DNA of 64,000 nt from the NCBI GenBank assembly GCA_963814585.1, contig CAWFDF010000008.1, forward strand, positions 64,001 to 128,000, written 5' to 3'. Position 1 is the first letter of the stretch; the number at the start of each line of letters is the position of its first letter. Of the stretch, positions 1-13,285 are shown piece by piece. The translations under genes and the position numbers were made by a program. This stretch comes from an uncultured delta proteobacterium. Lineage in GTDB: Bacteria; Myxococcota; Myxococcia; Myxococcales; Anaeromyxobacteraceae. The notes below the pieces were generated by a model that saw nothing but the letters and a program-made list of their open reading frames with translations, searched no databases and was not told where the DNA came from.

Positions 1-826
1 CGAAGGGGCGGTTCTGGTCGGGCGGGATGATCTCCTCCGGCGTCCGGAGCCCCGGCTTCGGCCCGCGGGACGGCGCCGCCGGGGGCAGCTCCCGGTGGCT
101 GCGCGGGAAGTAGGTGAACCAGCGACGCGCCAGGGCCAGGGCCTCCTGCTCGGTCTTGACCAGGAAGTCGCCACAGCCTGAGACCGAGCAGTGCATGCGC
201 GCCCCGCCCAGCTCCTCCAGCGTCACCTTCTCCCCGATCACCATCTCGGCCATGCGAGGCGAGCCGAGGTACATCGAGGCGTTCCCCTCCACCATCACCA
301 CGATGTCGCAGAAGGCGGGGATGTAGGCGCCGCCCGCCGCCGAGGGACCGAAGAGGAGGCAGATCTGGGGGACGCGACCCGAGAGGTTGACCTCGTTGTA
401 GAAGATCCGCCCGGCGCCCCGCCGCCCCGGGAACATCTCCACCTGGTCGGTGATGCGCGCGCCGGCCGAGTCGACCAGGTAGAAGAGCGGGAGCCGCTGC
501 GCCGCCGCGACCTCCTGGATCCTCAGGATCTTCTCGACGGTGCGTGCGCCCCACGAGCCGGCCTTCACCGTCGAGTCGTTGGCCATGACCGCCACCGCCC
601 GGCCGTCGATGGTCCCCAGCCCGGTCACCACGCCGTCGGCGGGCAGCTCCGGGTCCGTGGCGTTGGCCAGCGCGCCGTCCTCGACGAAGGAGCCGGGATC
701 GAGCAGCAGGTCCAGGCGCTCGCGGACGAAGAGCTTCCCCTGCTCGCGGTTCTTCAGGTGGTAGCGCTCGGCCCCACCGCGCCGGACCCGCGCCAGCTCC
801 CCCTCGATCTGCTCGTCACGGTTCAT
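1..826 (-). CDS. Acyl-CoA carboxylase carboxyltransferase subunit (methylcrotonyl-CoA carboxylase beta-like), runs off the window edge
   Basis: Hand translation from ATG 826: MNRDEQIEGELARVRRGG...RERLDLLLDPGSF...ADGVVTG...NDSTVKAGSWG...VDSAGARI...GPSAAGGAY...ELGGARMH; GGAG RBS upstream. Confidence 0.9.
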   Translation of the reverse strand, partial: MNRDEQIEGELARVRRGGAERYHLKNREQGKLFVRERLDLLLDPGSFVEDGALANATDPELPADGVVTGLGTIDGRAVAVMANDSTVKAGSWGARTVEKILRIQEVAAAQRLPLFYLVDSAGARITDQVEMFPGRRGAGRIFYNEVNLSGRVPQICLLFGPSAAGGAYIPAFCDIVVMVEGNASMYLGSPRMAEMVIGEKVTLEELGGARMHCSVSGCGDFLVKTEQEALALARRWFTYFPRSHRELPPAAPSRGPKPGLRTPEEIIPPDQNRPF

Positions 827-869
827 GGTCGTCTCCTTGGATCGCCGGCGGCGGCTGGCCGTCGAGGCG

Positions 870-1643
870 TCACTCGCCCGTGAAGACCGGGGCGCGCTTC
901 TCGGCGAAGGCCGCCAGCGCCTCGCGCCGGTCGGCGGTCGGGATGCAGGCCTGGTAGAGGGCGTTCTCGAGGTCGAGCGCCTCGCGCAGCGGCAGCGACA
1001 GCCCGCGGTCGACGGCCCGCTTGGCCTGCCGCAGCGAGATGGGAGCGTTGCGCGTCACCCGCTGCGCCAGCGCCAGCGCGGCGTCCTGGAGCTCGGGCCC
1101 CGGCACCGCCTGGGTCACCAGCCCCGTGGCCAGGGCCTCGGCGGCGCCGACGCGCCGGGCGGTCAGGATCAGCTCCTTGGCCCGCGCCACCCCGATGACC
1201 CGCGGCAGGCGCTGCGTCCCGCCCGCCCCGGGGATGATGCCGAGGCCGACCTCGGGGAGCGCCAGTTCGGCCCCGTGGGCGGCGACCCGCAGGTCACAGG
1301 CCAGCGCCAGCTCCAGCCCGCCGCCGAGCGCGACGCCGTTGATGGCTGCGATGACCGGCTGCGGCAGCGCCTCGAAGCCGTCGAAGGCGGCGCGGATGGA
1401 CCGGTGGAAGCCGGCCACCGCAGCGTCGTCCATCCTGGCGCGCTCCTTCAGGTCGGCCCCGGCGCAGAAGGCCTTCTCGCCGGCGCCGGTGACGATCACG
1501 GCCCGCAGGGACCGGTCGGCCGCGGCTCGGCCCTGGTGCTCGATCAGCTCGCGGAGGAGCGCGACGGTCAGTGAGTTGCGGCGTGGCTCGCCGAGGATGG
1601 TCCACCGCTCGATGGCACCGATCCGCTCGACGCTCCACTCCAT
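870..1643 (-). CDS. Enoyl-CoA hydratase (methylglutaconyl-CoA hydratase-like)
   Basis: AFCAGADLKER, NGVALGGGLELALACD, LPEVGLGIIPGAGGTQRL crotonase motifs; start at MEWSVE. Confidence 0.92.
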   Translation of the reverse strand: MEWSVERIGAIERWTILGEPRRNSLTVALLRELIEHQGRAAADRSLRAVIVTGAGEKAFCAGADLKERARMDDAAVAGFHRSIRAAFDGFEALPQPVIAAINGVALGGGLELALACDLRVAAHGAELALPEVGLGIIPGAGGTQRLPRVIGVARAKELILTARRVGAAEALATGLVTQAVPGPELQDAALALAQRVTRNAPISLRQAKRAVDRGLSLPLREALDLENALYQACIPTADRREALAAFAEKRAPVFTGE

Positions 1644-1644
1644 G

Positions 1645-3960
<2,316 letters not shown>

Positions 3961-3990
3961 GCGAGACCTCCACCCACCCTCGGGGGGGTG

Positions 3991-4020
3991 AAACTAGCGG
4001 GCGCCCGTCGACCTTGTCAA
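3991..4020 (-). promoter_or_regulatory. Putative sigma70 promoter of thiC
   Basis: TTGACA-N18-TAGTTT ending 30 nt before the ATG. Confidence 0.5.
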
Positions 4021-4078
4021 CGAACGCCCGCGAGAACTTTCGCTTGGAGCGGCGGCCTGTTCCCGGGCGCCGCCGCGG

Positions 4079-5455
<1,377 letters not shown>

Positions 5456-5491
5456 TCAACCGGATTCGGCGGCGCGGCGGCGCGCGCCGGA

Positions 5492-5659
5492 TCAGTCGAG
5501 GTCGATGATGACCACGCCGTGGCCGGGGCGCTCCGGCTCGCGTTCGACGGGGCGCTGATCGGGAGGAGCTGGCAGCGGCAGCTCGGCCACCGGGCGCTCC
5601 TCGCGCTCCGGCCGCCGCTCGCGCCGCTTGATCTCCTCGATGACGTAGGCGTCCAGCAT
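5492..5659 (-). CDS. Small hypothetical protein (55 aa)
   Basis: MLDAYVIEEIKRRERR...GVVIIDLD; AGGA RBS; GC3-rich codon usage. Confidence 0.65.
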   Translation of the reverse strand: MLDAYVIEEIKRRERRPEREERPVAELPLPAPPDQRPVEREPERPGHGVVIIDLD

Positions 5660-5861
5660 GGTCTGGTCCTGCGCTCCGATCACTTCGGTTCATCCTGCAT
5701 CCGCCGCCCCAGCCGTTCAGACGGGCCACCCCGGCCGCCTTCTTCACTCGCGCCCATCCCTCGATACCGGTGGTGACTTCCCGTGTCATCAGGCGGGCTT
5801 GCGAGACTCGCCACCATCCCGTGCTGAAAGCATAGCGCATCCGCGCTGAACCGACAGTCCC

Positions 5862-6326
5862 TCAGCTGGTGCCCCGAACGGGCCGCCCCAGCCCCTCGGC
5901 GCGTGCCTTGAACGCCTCCAGGGTCTTCGGCAGCTGGACCCGTGTCATCTCGTCGGTGAGCTTGTCGATCACCGCCTGCGGGATGAGGGGCGGCTTCGAG
6001 ATCTGGATGTCGACGGAGTACAGGGCGCGGGTCGCGCTCCCCTCGAGCGCCAGGTCCCAGGAGCCGTTGGACACCTTGAGGGCGTCGCCGGTGACCAGGG
6101 TCCAGGCGACCCTGGTGGGGCGCTCCTCGACGTGGCGAAGCACGTACTTGATCCGCTTCAGGCCGAGGTCCAGCTCGTACTCCACGTGCCGCTCGCCCTT
6201 CCCCGGCAGCACCCGGCACGCCCTGATGCCCGGCACGAACTCCGGATAGCGTGGGTAGTCGATCAGCACGTCGAAGAGGCGATCCGGGGTGCAGGCGATC
6301 ACCACCTCCTTCGAGACCTCGGCCAT
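5862..6326 (-). CDS. SRPBCC/START-domain (polyketide cyclase/Coq10-like) protein
   Basis: LFDVLIDYPRYPEFVP...GSWDL...LEAFKARAE. Confidence 0.85.
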   Translation of the reverse strand: MAEVSKEVVIACTPDRLFDVLIDYPRYPEFVPGIRACRVLPGKGERHVEYELDLGLKRIKYVLRHVEERPTRVAWTLVTGDALKVSNGSWDLALEGSATRALYSVDIQISKPPLIPQAVIDKLTDEMTRVQLPKTLEAFKARAEGLGRPVRGTS

Positions 6327-6376
6327 GGCGTCCTCTCCCTCTGCACCGGCGGCGCCTCGGGCGTCCCGGTCCTCGT

Positions 6377-6790
6377 TCAGCGGCTCTCCAGCGCCTCTCC
6401 GGCCGAGAGGCGGTTCACCAGCTCCTCGGGCAGCCGCCGCACCTTGCCCTCGGGATCGATGCAGGCGTGCACGGTCCGCCCCGTGGCCAGCACCTGCTCG
6501 TCGTCGCGGACCAGGCGATAGGTGAAGCTGGCGGAGGCGCGCCGGATCTCGGCGAGCGAGGTCTCCAGGCGGAGGAGGTCGTCATAGCGGGCGGGCGCCA
6601 GGTACCGGACGCTGGCCTCGGTCACCGGGAGCAGCAGCGAGTAGCTCTCCTCGAAATCCCGGTAGCGCAACCCCTTGGCGCGGATGAACTCGCCCCGCCC
6701 GGCCTCGAAGAAGCGGAGGTAGTTGGCGTAGTAGACGAAGCCCATCTGATCGGTGTCACCGTAGATGACGCGCAGCTGGGTCGCGACCAC
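6377..6790 (-). CDS. Acyl-CoA thioesterase (YbgC/4HBT family)
   Basis: RVIYGDTDQMGFVYYANYLRFFEAGR, YLAPARYDD. Confidence 0.92.
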   Translation of the reverse strand: MVATQLRVIYGDTDQMGFVYYANYLRFFEAGRGEFIRAKGLRYRDFEESYSLLLPVTEASVRYLAPARYDDLLRLETSLAEIRRASASFTYRLVRDDEQVLATGRTVHACIDPEGKVRRLPEELVNRLSAGEALESR

Positions 6791-6792
6791 GT

Positions 6793-8115
6793 CTACACCG
6801 TCTCGATGCGGATGAGGCGGGTCCGGTCGAGCGTCGCTGGGTGGCCGTCGATCTCGGCGATGGCCGCCTGGATGTCGGCCTCCTGCGCCTGATGGGTGAC
6901 GAAGACCAGCGGGACCGGCGCCGAGGCGTCGGCCTGCTCGCGCTGCTGCACCGCGGCCACCGAGATTCGCCGCGCCGCCAGCGTCGAGGCGATGCGGGCC
7001 AGCACGCCCGGCTCGTCCTTCACCGAGACGTGCAGGTAGTAGGCGCAGCGGATCTGGCTGTGGGGCCGGAGCTCGACCTGCGCCTGCTCCGGGGGCAGCG
7101 GCACCCGCCCCGGGCTGCCGGCCAGGATGTTGCGGGTGAGATCGATGATGTCCGAGACCACGGCGCTGCCGGTCGGCATGGCGCCGGCGCCCTGCCCGTA
7201 GAGCATGGACGTCCCCAGCGACTCGGACTGGAGCACCACCGCGTTCATGGCCCCGCGCACCCCGGCCATCAGGGAGGCCTGCGGGATGAAGGCCGGGTGG
7301 ACCCGGGCCTCGATCAGGTCCTTGCCGCCGGGGCCCGCCCCGCCCGGCTCGCAGCGCCGGGCCACCGCCAGCAGCTTGAGCGTGTACCCGAACTCGCGCC
7401 CCCAGCGGAAGTCGTCCGGTGAGAGCCGCATGATGCCCTCGGTGAGCACGTCCTTGGGCTCCAGCCTGGCGCCGAAGGCCAGCTGCGCCAGCACGCAGAG
7501 CTTCTGGGCCGCGTCCCCGCCGGAGACGTCGAGGGTGGGATCCGCCTCGGCGTAGCCGAGCCGCTGGGCCTCGGCCAGGACCGGCCCGATGGCCTCGCCC
7601 CGCTCCGCCATGGCGGTGAGGATGAAGTTGGTGGTCCCGTTGACGATGCCGACCAGGCCGTTGATCCGGTCCGACGCCAGCGACTCGCGCAGGGTCCGGA
7701 TGATGGGCACGCCACCGCAGACCGCCGCCTCGTAGTAGACGTCGACGCTGCGGGCGCGGGCCAGCTTGAAGATCTCCTGTCCGCGGGCCGCCAGCAGGGC
7801 CTTGTTGGCCGTGACCACGTGCTTGCCGCGCGAGAGCGCCCCGGTCACCAGCGCGAAGGCCTCGTCGACCCCGCCCATCAGCTCCACCACCACCTCGATG
7901 CCAGGGTCCTCGAGCAGGTCCTCGACGCGGGTGGTCAGCAGCCCCGGCGGCACCTCGAGCACCCTGCTCTTGCCGGCGTCGCGCAGCGCCACCCGCTTCA
8001 CGGCGAGGCGCGCACCGAGGCGCGCCTCGATGTCGCCGGCGTGGCGGCGCAGGATCGAGAGCACCCCGCCCCCGACCGTGCCGAACCCCGCAATCCCGAT
8101 CCCCACCTCGCGCAT
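6793..8115 (-). CDS. hom: Homoserine dehydrogenase with C-terminal ACT domain
   Basis: GFGTVGGG, VVTANKA, YEAAVCGGVP, NGTTNFIL, GYAEADP, DEPGVLA; start MREVGIG. Confidence 0.97.
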   Translation of the reverse strand: MREVGIGIAGFGTVGGGVLSILRRHAGDIEARLGARLAVKRVALRDAGKSRVLEVPPGLLTTRVEDLLEDPGIEVVVELMGGVDEAFALVTGALSRGKHVVTANKALLAARGQEIFKLARARSVDVYYEAAVCGGVPIIRTLRESLASDRINGLVGIVNGTTNFILTAMAERGEAIGPVLAEAQRLGYAEADPTLDVSGGDAAQKLCVLAQLAFGARLEPKDVLTEGIMRLSPDDFRWGREFGYTLKLLAVARRCEPGGAGPGGKDLIEARVHPAFIPQASLMAGVRGAMNAVVLQSESLGTSMLYGQGAGAMPTGSAVVSDIIDLTRNILAGSPGRVPLPPEQAQVELRPHSQIRCAYYLHVSVKDEPGVLARIASTLAARRISVAAVQQREQADASAPVPLVFVTHQAQEADIQAAIAEIDGHPATLDRTRLIRIETV

Positions 8116-8117
8116 GC

Positions 8118-8693
8118 TCACGGGCTCCCCCGGCGGTAGGCGTGGAGGACCGCCCGCAGCTGCGGGACCGCCGTTCCGTTCCTGACCGTGATGACCTCGA
8201 TGCGCACCGGCCCCACGCCCGGTGCGTAGCTGATCTCGTTGATGAGCTCGGTGTCGGCGGCGGCGCGGGTGTTGGCGCGGACCCGGACGCAGCCCTCGAA
8301 GGTGCCGGCGGGGGTCGTCACCCGCTCGCCCACGGCCACGATCTCGTAGTTCTCGGTGGACTGGGGGGAGAGCACCGAGCTCCAGCGGGTGCCCACGGCG
8401 ATGGGGCCACACAGCAGCGAGCGCGAGCGATCCTGGAGGCAGGCGCCGACTCGCAGCTCCCCGCGGGCGCTGTCCCGGTAGTAGCCGTCGGCGGTCAGCT
8501 CCAGCACGCGCACGGTCCGGAGGGGCGCGGCGCCGGCCGGCAGCTGCGGGCTCCGGTCCTCCCAGGTCCACTCGGCGCCGACCGCGAGCGGGTAGTAGTC
8601 GCCCGGCCGGGAGCCGGCTCCGGCGGTGGGGGGCGCGTGGGCACAGCCCACCACCGAGGTGAGAAGCGACAGGACCAGCGCCGATCGGATCAT
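8118..8693 (-). CDS. Hypothetical lipoprotein
   Basis: MIRSALVLSLLTSVVG-C lipobox; YYPLAVGAEWTW, VTTPAGTFEGC, YAPGVGPV repeats typical of beta-rich lipoproteins. Confidence 0.75.
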   Translation of the reverse strand: MIRSALVLSLLTSVVGCAHAPPTAGAGSRPGDYYPLAVGAEWTWEDRSPQLPAGAAPLRTVRVLELTADGYYRDSARGELRVGACLQDRSRSLLCGPIAVGTRWSSVLSPQSTENYEIVAVGERVTTPAGTFEGCVRVRANTRAAADTELINEISYAPGVGPVRIEVITVRNGTAVPQLRAVLHAYRRGSP

Positions 8694-8713
8694 GGGGAGC
8701 ATTGTAGCCTCGT

Positions 8714-9595
8714 TCACTGGCGAGGCGCCGGATTCCTCGGCGCCGGCGCGGCCCGGCGGAGGTCGTCGAGGGCCTCGGCGGCGATCTCGCGGACGCGAGG
8801 ATCGGGGTGGGATGCCTCGAGCACCAGCAGCCAGCCCTCGGCGTCCCGGCCGCCGATGTCGCCGACGATCCGGGCCATCCTGAGGGTGAGCGCGGGATCT
8901 CCTCCGCGGCAGAGATCGATCAGCGCCGGCACCGCCCTGGGATCCCTGATCTGCGCGAGGGCCCCGACGGCCCGGTGGGCCACCCTGGGGTCGCCGTCGC
9001 GCAGCCGCTCGATGAGGGCCGGGACCCCGGCCGTGACCCCGCGCTCCCCGAGCGCCTGGACGGCCTGCCCGCGCACCCGGGCGTCCGGGGAGCCCAGATC
9101 CGCGATCAGGGCCTCGTCGGACTTCACCTCCGCGGCCACGCTCACCCGAAGGGCCCGGACCGCCTCTCCCACCGCGCCGACCAGGGCCTGCCTGACGGCC
9201 GCTGGCGGGCCCCCGGCGCCCACCGCCTCCGAGGCTCGGCCGCTCTCCTTGTGGGGGGGCTCGCCGCTCCGGGTCGGCGCCAGCTCGACCTCCACGGCCA
9301 GCTCGGCCTGCAGTCCCTGGCCGCCGGCGAGGGGGAGGACGCGCAGGGCCACCACGTCGATCCGGGCCACGAAGGCCCGGGCGGTGGCCGGCCCGAGCCG
9401 GAACCCGGCGTCCGCCAGGGCGGCGCGGGTGATGGCCTCGACCGCGGCGCCGTCGAGCCCCACCTCGCCGACGGCGTCGGAGAGCGCCGCTCCGACCTTC
9501 ACCTCGACGACGCTCGGGGGCGGGACCTTCTGGCAGGCCGCGCCGGCCACCGCGACGGCCAGCGCGAGCCCGAGGCCTCCCCGGGCGCGTCCCAT
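8714..9595 (-). CDS. HEAT-repeat lipoprotein
   Basis: AVAGAA-C lipobox; repeats DARVRGQAVQALG, DPRVAHRAVGALA, DPRVREIAAEAL. Confidence 0.8.
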   Translation of the reverse strand: MGRARGGLGLALAVAVAGAACQKVPPPSVVEVKVGAALSDAVGEVGLDGAAVEAITRAALADAGFRLGPATARAFVARIDVVALRVLPLAGGQGLQAELAVEVELAPTRSGEPPHKESGRASEAVGAGGPPAAVRQALVGAVGEAVRALRVSVAAEVKSDEALIADLGSPDARVRGQAVQALGERGVTAGVPALIERLRDGDPRVAHRAVGALAQIRDPRAVPALIDLCRGGDPALTLRMARIVGDIGGRDAEGWLLVLEASHPDPRVREIAAEALDDLRRAAPAPRNPAPRQ

Positions 9596-9609
9596 GCCCT
9601 CCCTCCGGA

Positions 9610-11370
9610 TCACGCCCCGCCTGAGACCGGGTCGTGACCGCCCTGGCTCGTCGCCTCGGAGGCTGGCGCCGGCGCACCGGCGCCTCCGTCACTCCTGCCG
9701 GCATCGCCACCAGCGGGCGCCTCGCCGCCGGCCGAGGCCGGGCCGGCGCTTCCCTGGGACTCCCCGGGCGCCACGTCGCGACGCTCGCCGCGTCCTCGCC
9801 CGCCGCGACGCCTGCGACGGCGCCGCTTCCGGCGCCCTTCGCCGGCCGGCCGGCCATCCGCGGCAGGGCCCGAACCGGCGGCCCCGGCCACGCCGGGCTC
9901 GCCGTCAACCTCGTCCTCCTCGTCCGCGTCTCCGTCCTCGTCGTCCGACTCGTCGCCGCCGGCCTCGAGGTCGGCGACGCCAGCCGGATTGGCCGGCGAG
10001 GCGATGGCCGGAGGCGAGGCCGGGGCCTCCTCGGCCGCGGCCCGCGGTGACGCCTCGGCGCCCTCGCCGCCGCTGGCGCGCGGCCCGGTCGCGCCGCGGG
10101 CGCCGTCGTCGCCACGTGGCTCGTGCCGCTCGCGCCGCTCCTCCCGGTCTCCCTCGCGCCGCTCCCGCTCGTCCCGGCGGCCGCGGCGGGCGGTCTCCTC
10201 CCGCGCCGCGGCCTCGACCGCCGCCGCGAACCAGGCCTCGTCGACCACCGGCACCACCACCTGGGTGCAGCCGAGCGAGGCCTCCACGAACGCCTCGGCC
10301 AGCCCCTCGCCGCACAGCAGCAGCACGGGCGGCTGTCCCGAGGCCGTGGCCTCGGCGCGTGCCTCGCGCTGCGCCTCGCCGGCCGTGACGACGGCGCCGA
10401 TCTGGGCGCCGCAGTTGCCGAGGTCGCGCCGGACCTCCTGTACGTCTCGCCGGGCGGCGTCGCCACCACCGCGCAGGACGCGGAAGCCGTGCCGGACCTC
10501 GAGCAGCCCCATCCGCTTCCGCGCGGTGACGAGCACGTGGTCCTTGCCGCGGCGGGCCACCTTGATCTCGCGGTAGCCGCTCCGCTCGAGCAGCCTGAAG
10601 ACCAGGTGCTCGATGGTGGGCGGGGCGCACTCCCGCAGCCGGCGGCGCATGGCGGCCAGGCCGGCGCGGCGCAGCTCGCCCGGGGAGGCCAGGCGGGCGC
10701 CCGGGGCCACGCCGGAGAGGCGCTCGCCCGGCTCGGGCTTCGACGCCAGCGCTATCGACTCGCCGTCAATCTGGAAGAGCGGGCTGCGTCCGGCCGCCTC
10801 GCGCCGGCGGTTGTCCTCGGCCAGGGCGCTGGCCAGCGCGGCGTGGTCGCGACCGAAGGCGTCCGGCATGAGCTGGCGCTCGGCGCCGCTCGAGGCGATC
10901 TCGCCCAGCGACATGGCGCCGCCGGAGCTGGCCAGGATCTCGTAGGCCACCTCGGCCGGGGGCGGGAACCGCCGACCGGGCCGCTCCTCCCCTTCCTCAC
11001 GCCTCCTGGCCTTGTCGCCGCCGCGCCCGGCGGCGCGGGCCATGTCCCGCGCCGGGATGGGGTGACGCTCGCGGGGGCGGTACGGCAGCTCGTCGAGCGG
11101 GGGCGGCTCCACCAGGTTCTCGAGCCCGGCGGCGTCCTCGTCGAGCTGCCACTCGACCAGGGCGAAGGTCCCCGGCAGCACCGGCATGAGCTGGCGCTCC
11201 GGACGCGGCAGGCGGCAGTGCGCCACCAGCTGGTCGGCCATCACCTCGTCCGGGATCTTGCCGACGTGATCGAGCAGGGTCTCCCGGACCGCGATCTCGG
11301 TGATCTTCCGGAAGTGAAGAGGCTTCCCCTCGCGCCGCAGCACCTCGACGGCGGCTTCGGTGAAAGTCAT
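9610..11370 (-). CDS. Tandem HARE-HTH + degenerate Mrr-like endonuclease domain protein with disordered acidic/Arg-rich tail
   Basis: MTFTEAAVEVLRREGKPLHFRKIT...GTFALVEW (HARE-HTH); second copy AEVAYEILASSGGAMSLGEI; IEHLVFRLLERSGY...DVQEVRRDL...VLLLCGEGLAEAF Mrr-like. Confidence 0.75.
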   Translation of the reverse strand: MTFTEAAVEVLRREGKPLHFRKITEIAVRETLLDHVGKIPDEVMADQLVAHCRLPRPERQLMPVLPGTFALVEWQLDEDAAGLENLVEPPPLDELPYRPRERHPIPARDMARAAGRGGDKARRREEGEERPGRRFPPPAEVAYEILASSGGAMSLGEIASSGAERQLMPDAFGRDHAALASALAEDNRRREAAGRSPLFQIDGESIALASKPEPGERLSGVAPGARLASPGELRRAGLAAMRRRLRECAPPTIEHLVFRLLERSGYREIKVARRGKDHVLVTARKRMGLLEVRHGFRVLRGGGDAARRDVQEVRRDLGNCGAQIGAVVTAGEAQREARAEATASGQPPVLLLCGEGLAEAFVEASLGCTQVVVPVVDEAWFAAAVEAAAREETARRGRRDERERREGDREERRERHEPRGDDGARGATGPRASGGEGAEASPRAAAEEAPASPPAIASPANPAGVADLEAGGDESDDEDGDADEEDEVDGEPGVAGAAGSGPAADGRPAGEGRRKRRRRRRRGGRGRGERRDVAPGESQGSAGPASAGGEAPAGGDAGRSDGGAGAPAPASEATSQGGHDPVSGGA

Positions 11371-11431
11371 GGAATTCCTTGAGGAAAGAGGATCGGGGGC
11401 CAGCGACGCAGCGGCCCGCCAGGAAGCGCGC

Positions 11432-11460
11432 ATTGTGGTCGCGCTTGGACGCCCTGTCAA
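11432..11460 (-). promoter_or_regulatory. Putative sigma70 promoter of the HARE-HTH gene
   Basis: TTGACA-N17-CACAAT. Confidence 0.55.
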
Positions 11461-11526
11461 CGGTGAACGTGCCTGGATCATCGGGCGGTTCCCGCCGCCC
11501 GGGGATCCCGCTCCATTCACCGATCG

Positions 11527-12261
11527 TCACACACCGAGGAAGAGGCGCTTTCCGAAGTTGAGCGCCAGATCGGCGTCGAAGATCTTCTGTGCCGAGGTCT
11601 CGATGTCGTAGGCGACGCGGTGGAACCGCACCTCCTGCGTGGCGTCGTCGTAGGTGACCAGGCAGGCCCGGTTGTCGCCGTCGCGCGGCTGCCCCACCGA
11701 TCCGACCGAGACCACGTACTTGTACCCCTTGCGCAGCCGGAAGCGGCTCGACACCACCTCGCTGACCTCGCCGCCCGGGGCCAGGGCGAAGGTCTTGCAG
11801 AGGTGGCTGTGGCCGATGAAGGTGACGTCGGCCAGGGAACGGGCGTGCGGGACCAGGTCGCGGGCCTGCTCCAGGGCGAAGACGTAGTCGTAGGCCTGGG
11901 GCTCCACCGGCGATCCGTGGCTGTAGCAGATGGCCCCTTCCCGGGTCGAGTAGGGCAGGCCGCGGAGCCACTCGAGGTGCTCCGGCTCGATCCGGCTCGC
12001 CGTCCAGTCGAGCGCATGGCGTGCCGCGTCGTAGTAGAAGCTGTAGTCCATCCGGCCCGCCACCGCGGCGTCGTGGTTGCCGAGCAGGGTGACCGCGGAG
12101 CGGGACCGGATCAGCGCGCAACACTCGTTGACGCTGGCGCCGTAGCCGACCACGTCACCGAGGCACACGACGCGGTCCGGCCGCTCGCGGTCGACGACCG
12201 CCAGCGCCGCGTTGAGCGCTTCCAGGTTGGAGTGGATGTCGCTCAGGATGGCGACGCGCAT
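11527..12261 (-). CDS. Calcineurin-like metallophosphoesterase
   Basis: SDIHSN, LGDVVGYG, GNHD, HGSP, GHSH, GSVGQPRDG. Confidence 0.93.
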   Translation of the reverse strand: MRVAILSDIHSNLEALNAALAVVDRERPDRVVCLGDVVGYGASVNECCALIRSRSAVTLLGNHDAAVAGRMDYSFYYDAARHALDWTASRIEPEHLEWLRGLPYSTREGAICYSHGSPVEPQAYDYVFALEQARDLVPHARSLADVTFIGHSHLCKTFALAPGGEVSEVVSSRFRLRKGYKYVVSVGSVGQPRDGDNRACLVTYDDATQEVRFHRVAYDIETSAQKIFDADLALNFGKRLFLGV

Positions 12262-12307
12262 TCGGCCTCGTGTGTCGTGGGATGGTATCCGCCGCCGAGA
12301 AGAAGCG

Positions 12308-13242
12308 TCAACGCCCCGGCGCGAAGAGCTCGGGCTCGAGATCGTCGAAGTGGGCCAGCTGGCGCGCCTCGGCGTAGCGCGCCTTGATCTCGGTGGCGGT
12401 GAGGGTGCGCAGCCGGTCGAGGCTGAACTGCTCCACCGCGAAGCTGGCCACCACGCTCCCCACCACGATGGCCCTCCGCAGCACGGCCGGATCGACCTTC
12501 CCGGAGCGCGCCACGTACCCCATGAAGCCCCCGGCGAAGCTGTCGCCGGCGCCGGTGGGATCGAAGACGTCGGGGAGCGGATAGGCCGAAGCCGCGAAGA
12601 CCTCGTCACCGGAGAAGAAGAGCGAGCCGTACTCGCCCCGCTTGACCACCACCGCCTTGGGGCCGAAGCCGAGGATCCGCCGGCCGCCCGGATCACGTTG
12701 TGCTCGCCGGCCAGCTGGCGGGCCTCGGCGTCGTTGACGAAGAGCAGGTCGACCCGCTTCAGGGTGCGGAGCAAGCTCTCCCGCTTGGAGTCGATCCAGA
12801 AGTTCATGGTGTCGCACGCCACGAACCGGGGTGCCCGCACCTGGTCGAGCACCGAGTGCTGCAGGTCCGGGTCGATGTTGCCGAGGAAGACGAAGTCGGT
12901 GTCGCGCCAGGTGGGCGGGAGCACCGGCTTGAAGGTGGCCAGCACGTTGAGCTGGGTGTCGAGGGTGTGCGCGGTGTTGAGGTCGAACTCGTAGCGCCCC
13001 TTCCAGCGGAAGGTCTTGCCGGGCTGCCGCGCCAGCCCGGCCAGGTCGGCCCCGCGGGAGGCGAGGAACCGCACGTGCTCCTCGGGGAAGTCCTCTCCGA
13101 CCACCGCCACCACCCGGGTCGGCCCGAAGAAGCTCGCGCAGGTCGAGAAGTAGGCAGCCGATCCCCCCAGGATCTCCTCCCGGTGGCCGAAGGGCGTCTC
13201 CAGCGAGTCGAGCGCGACGGACCCGACGACCAGCAGCGGCAT
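12308..13242 (-). CDS. PfkB-family carbohydrate/nucleoside kinase (apparent frameshift near 12680)
   Basis: VVGSVALD, GGSAAY, NDAEAR, VKRGEYG, DPTGAGDSFAGG. Confidence 0.9.
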
Positions 13243-13285
13243 GTGCTCCTCTCGGGCGCCGCGGTCGCGGGCGCCAGGATGGGAC

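Noticed and set aside
5768..5822. Fluoride riboswitch controlling enolase
   Set aside because: No P2 hairpin, only 3 bp of pseudoknot, no UAC end, and eno has its own promoter-like TTGACG-N18-CAGAAT; kept only as a weak leader-RNA lead
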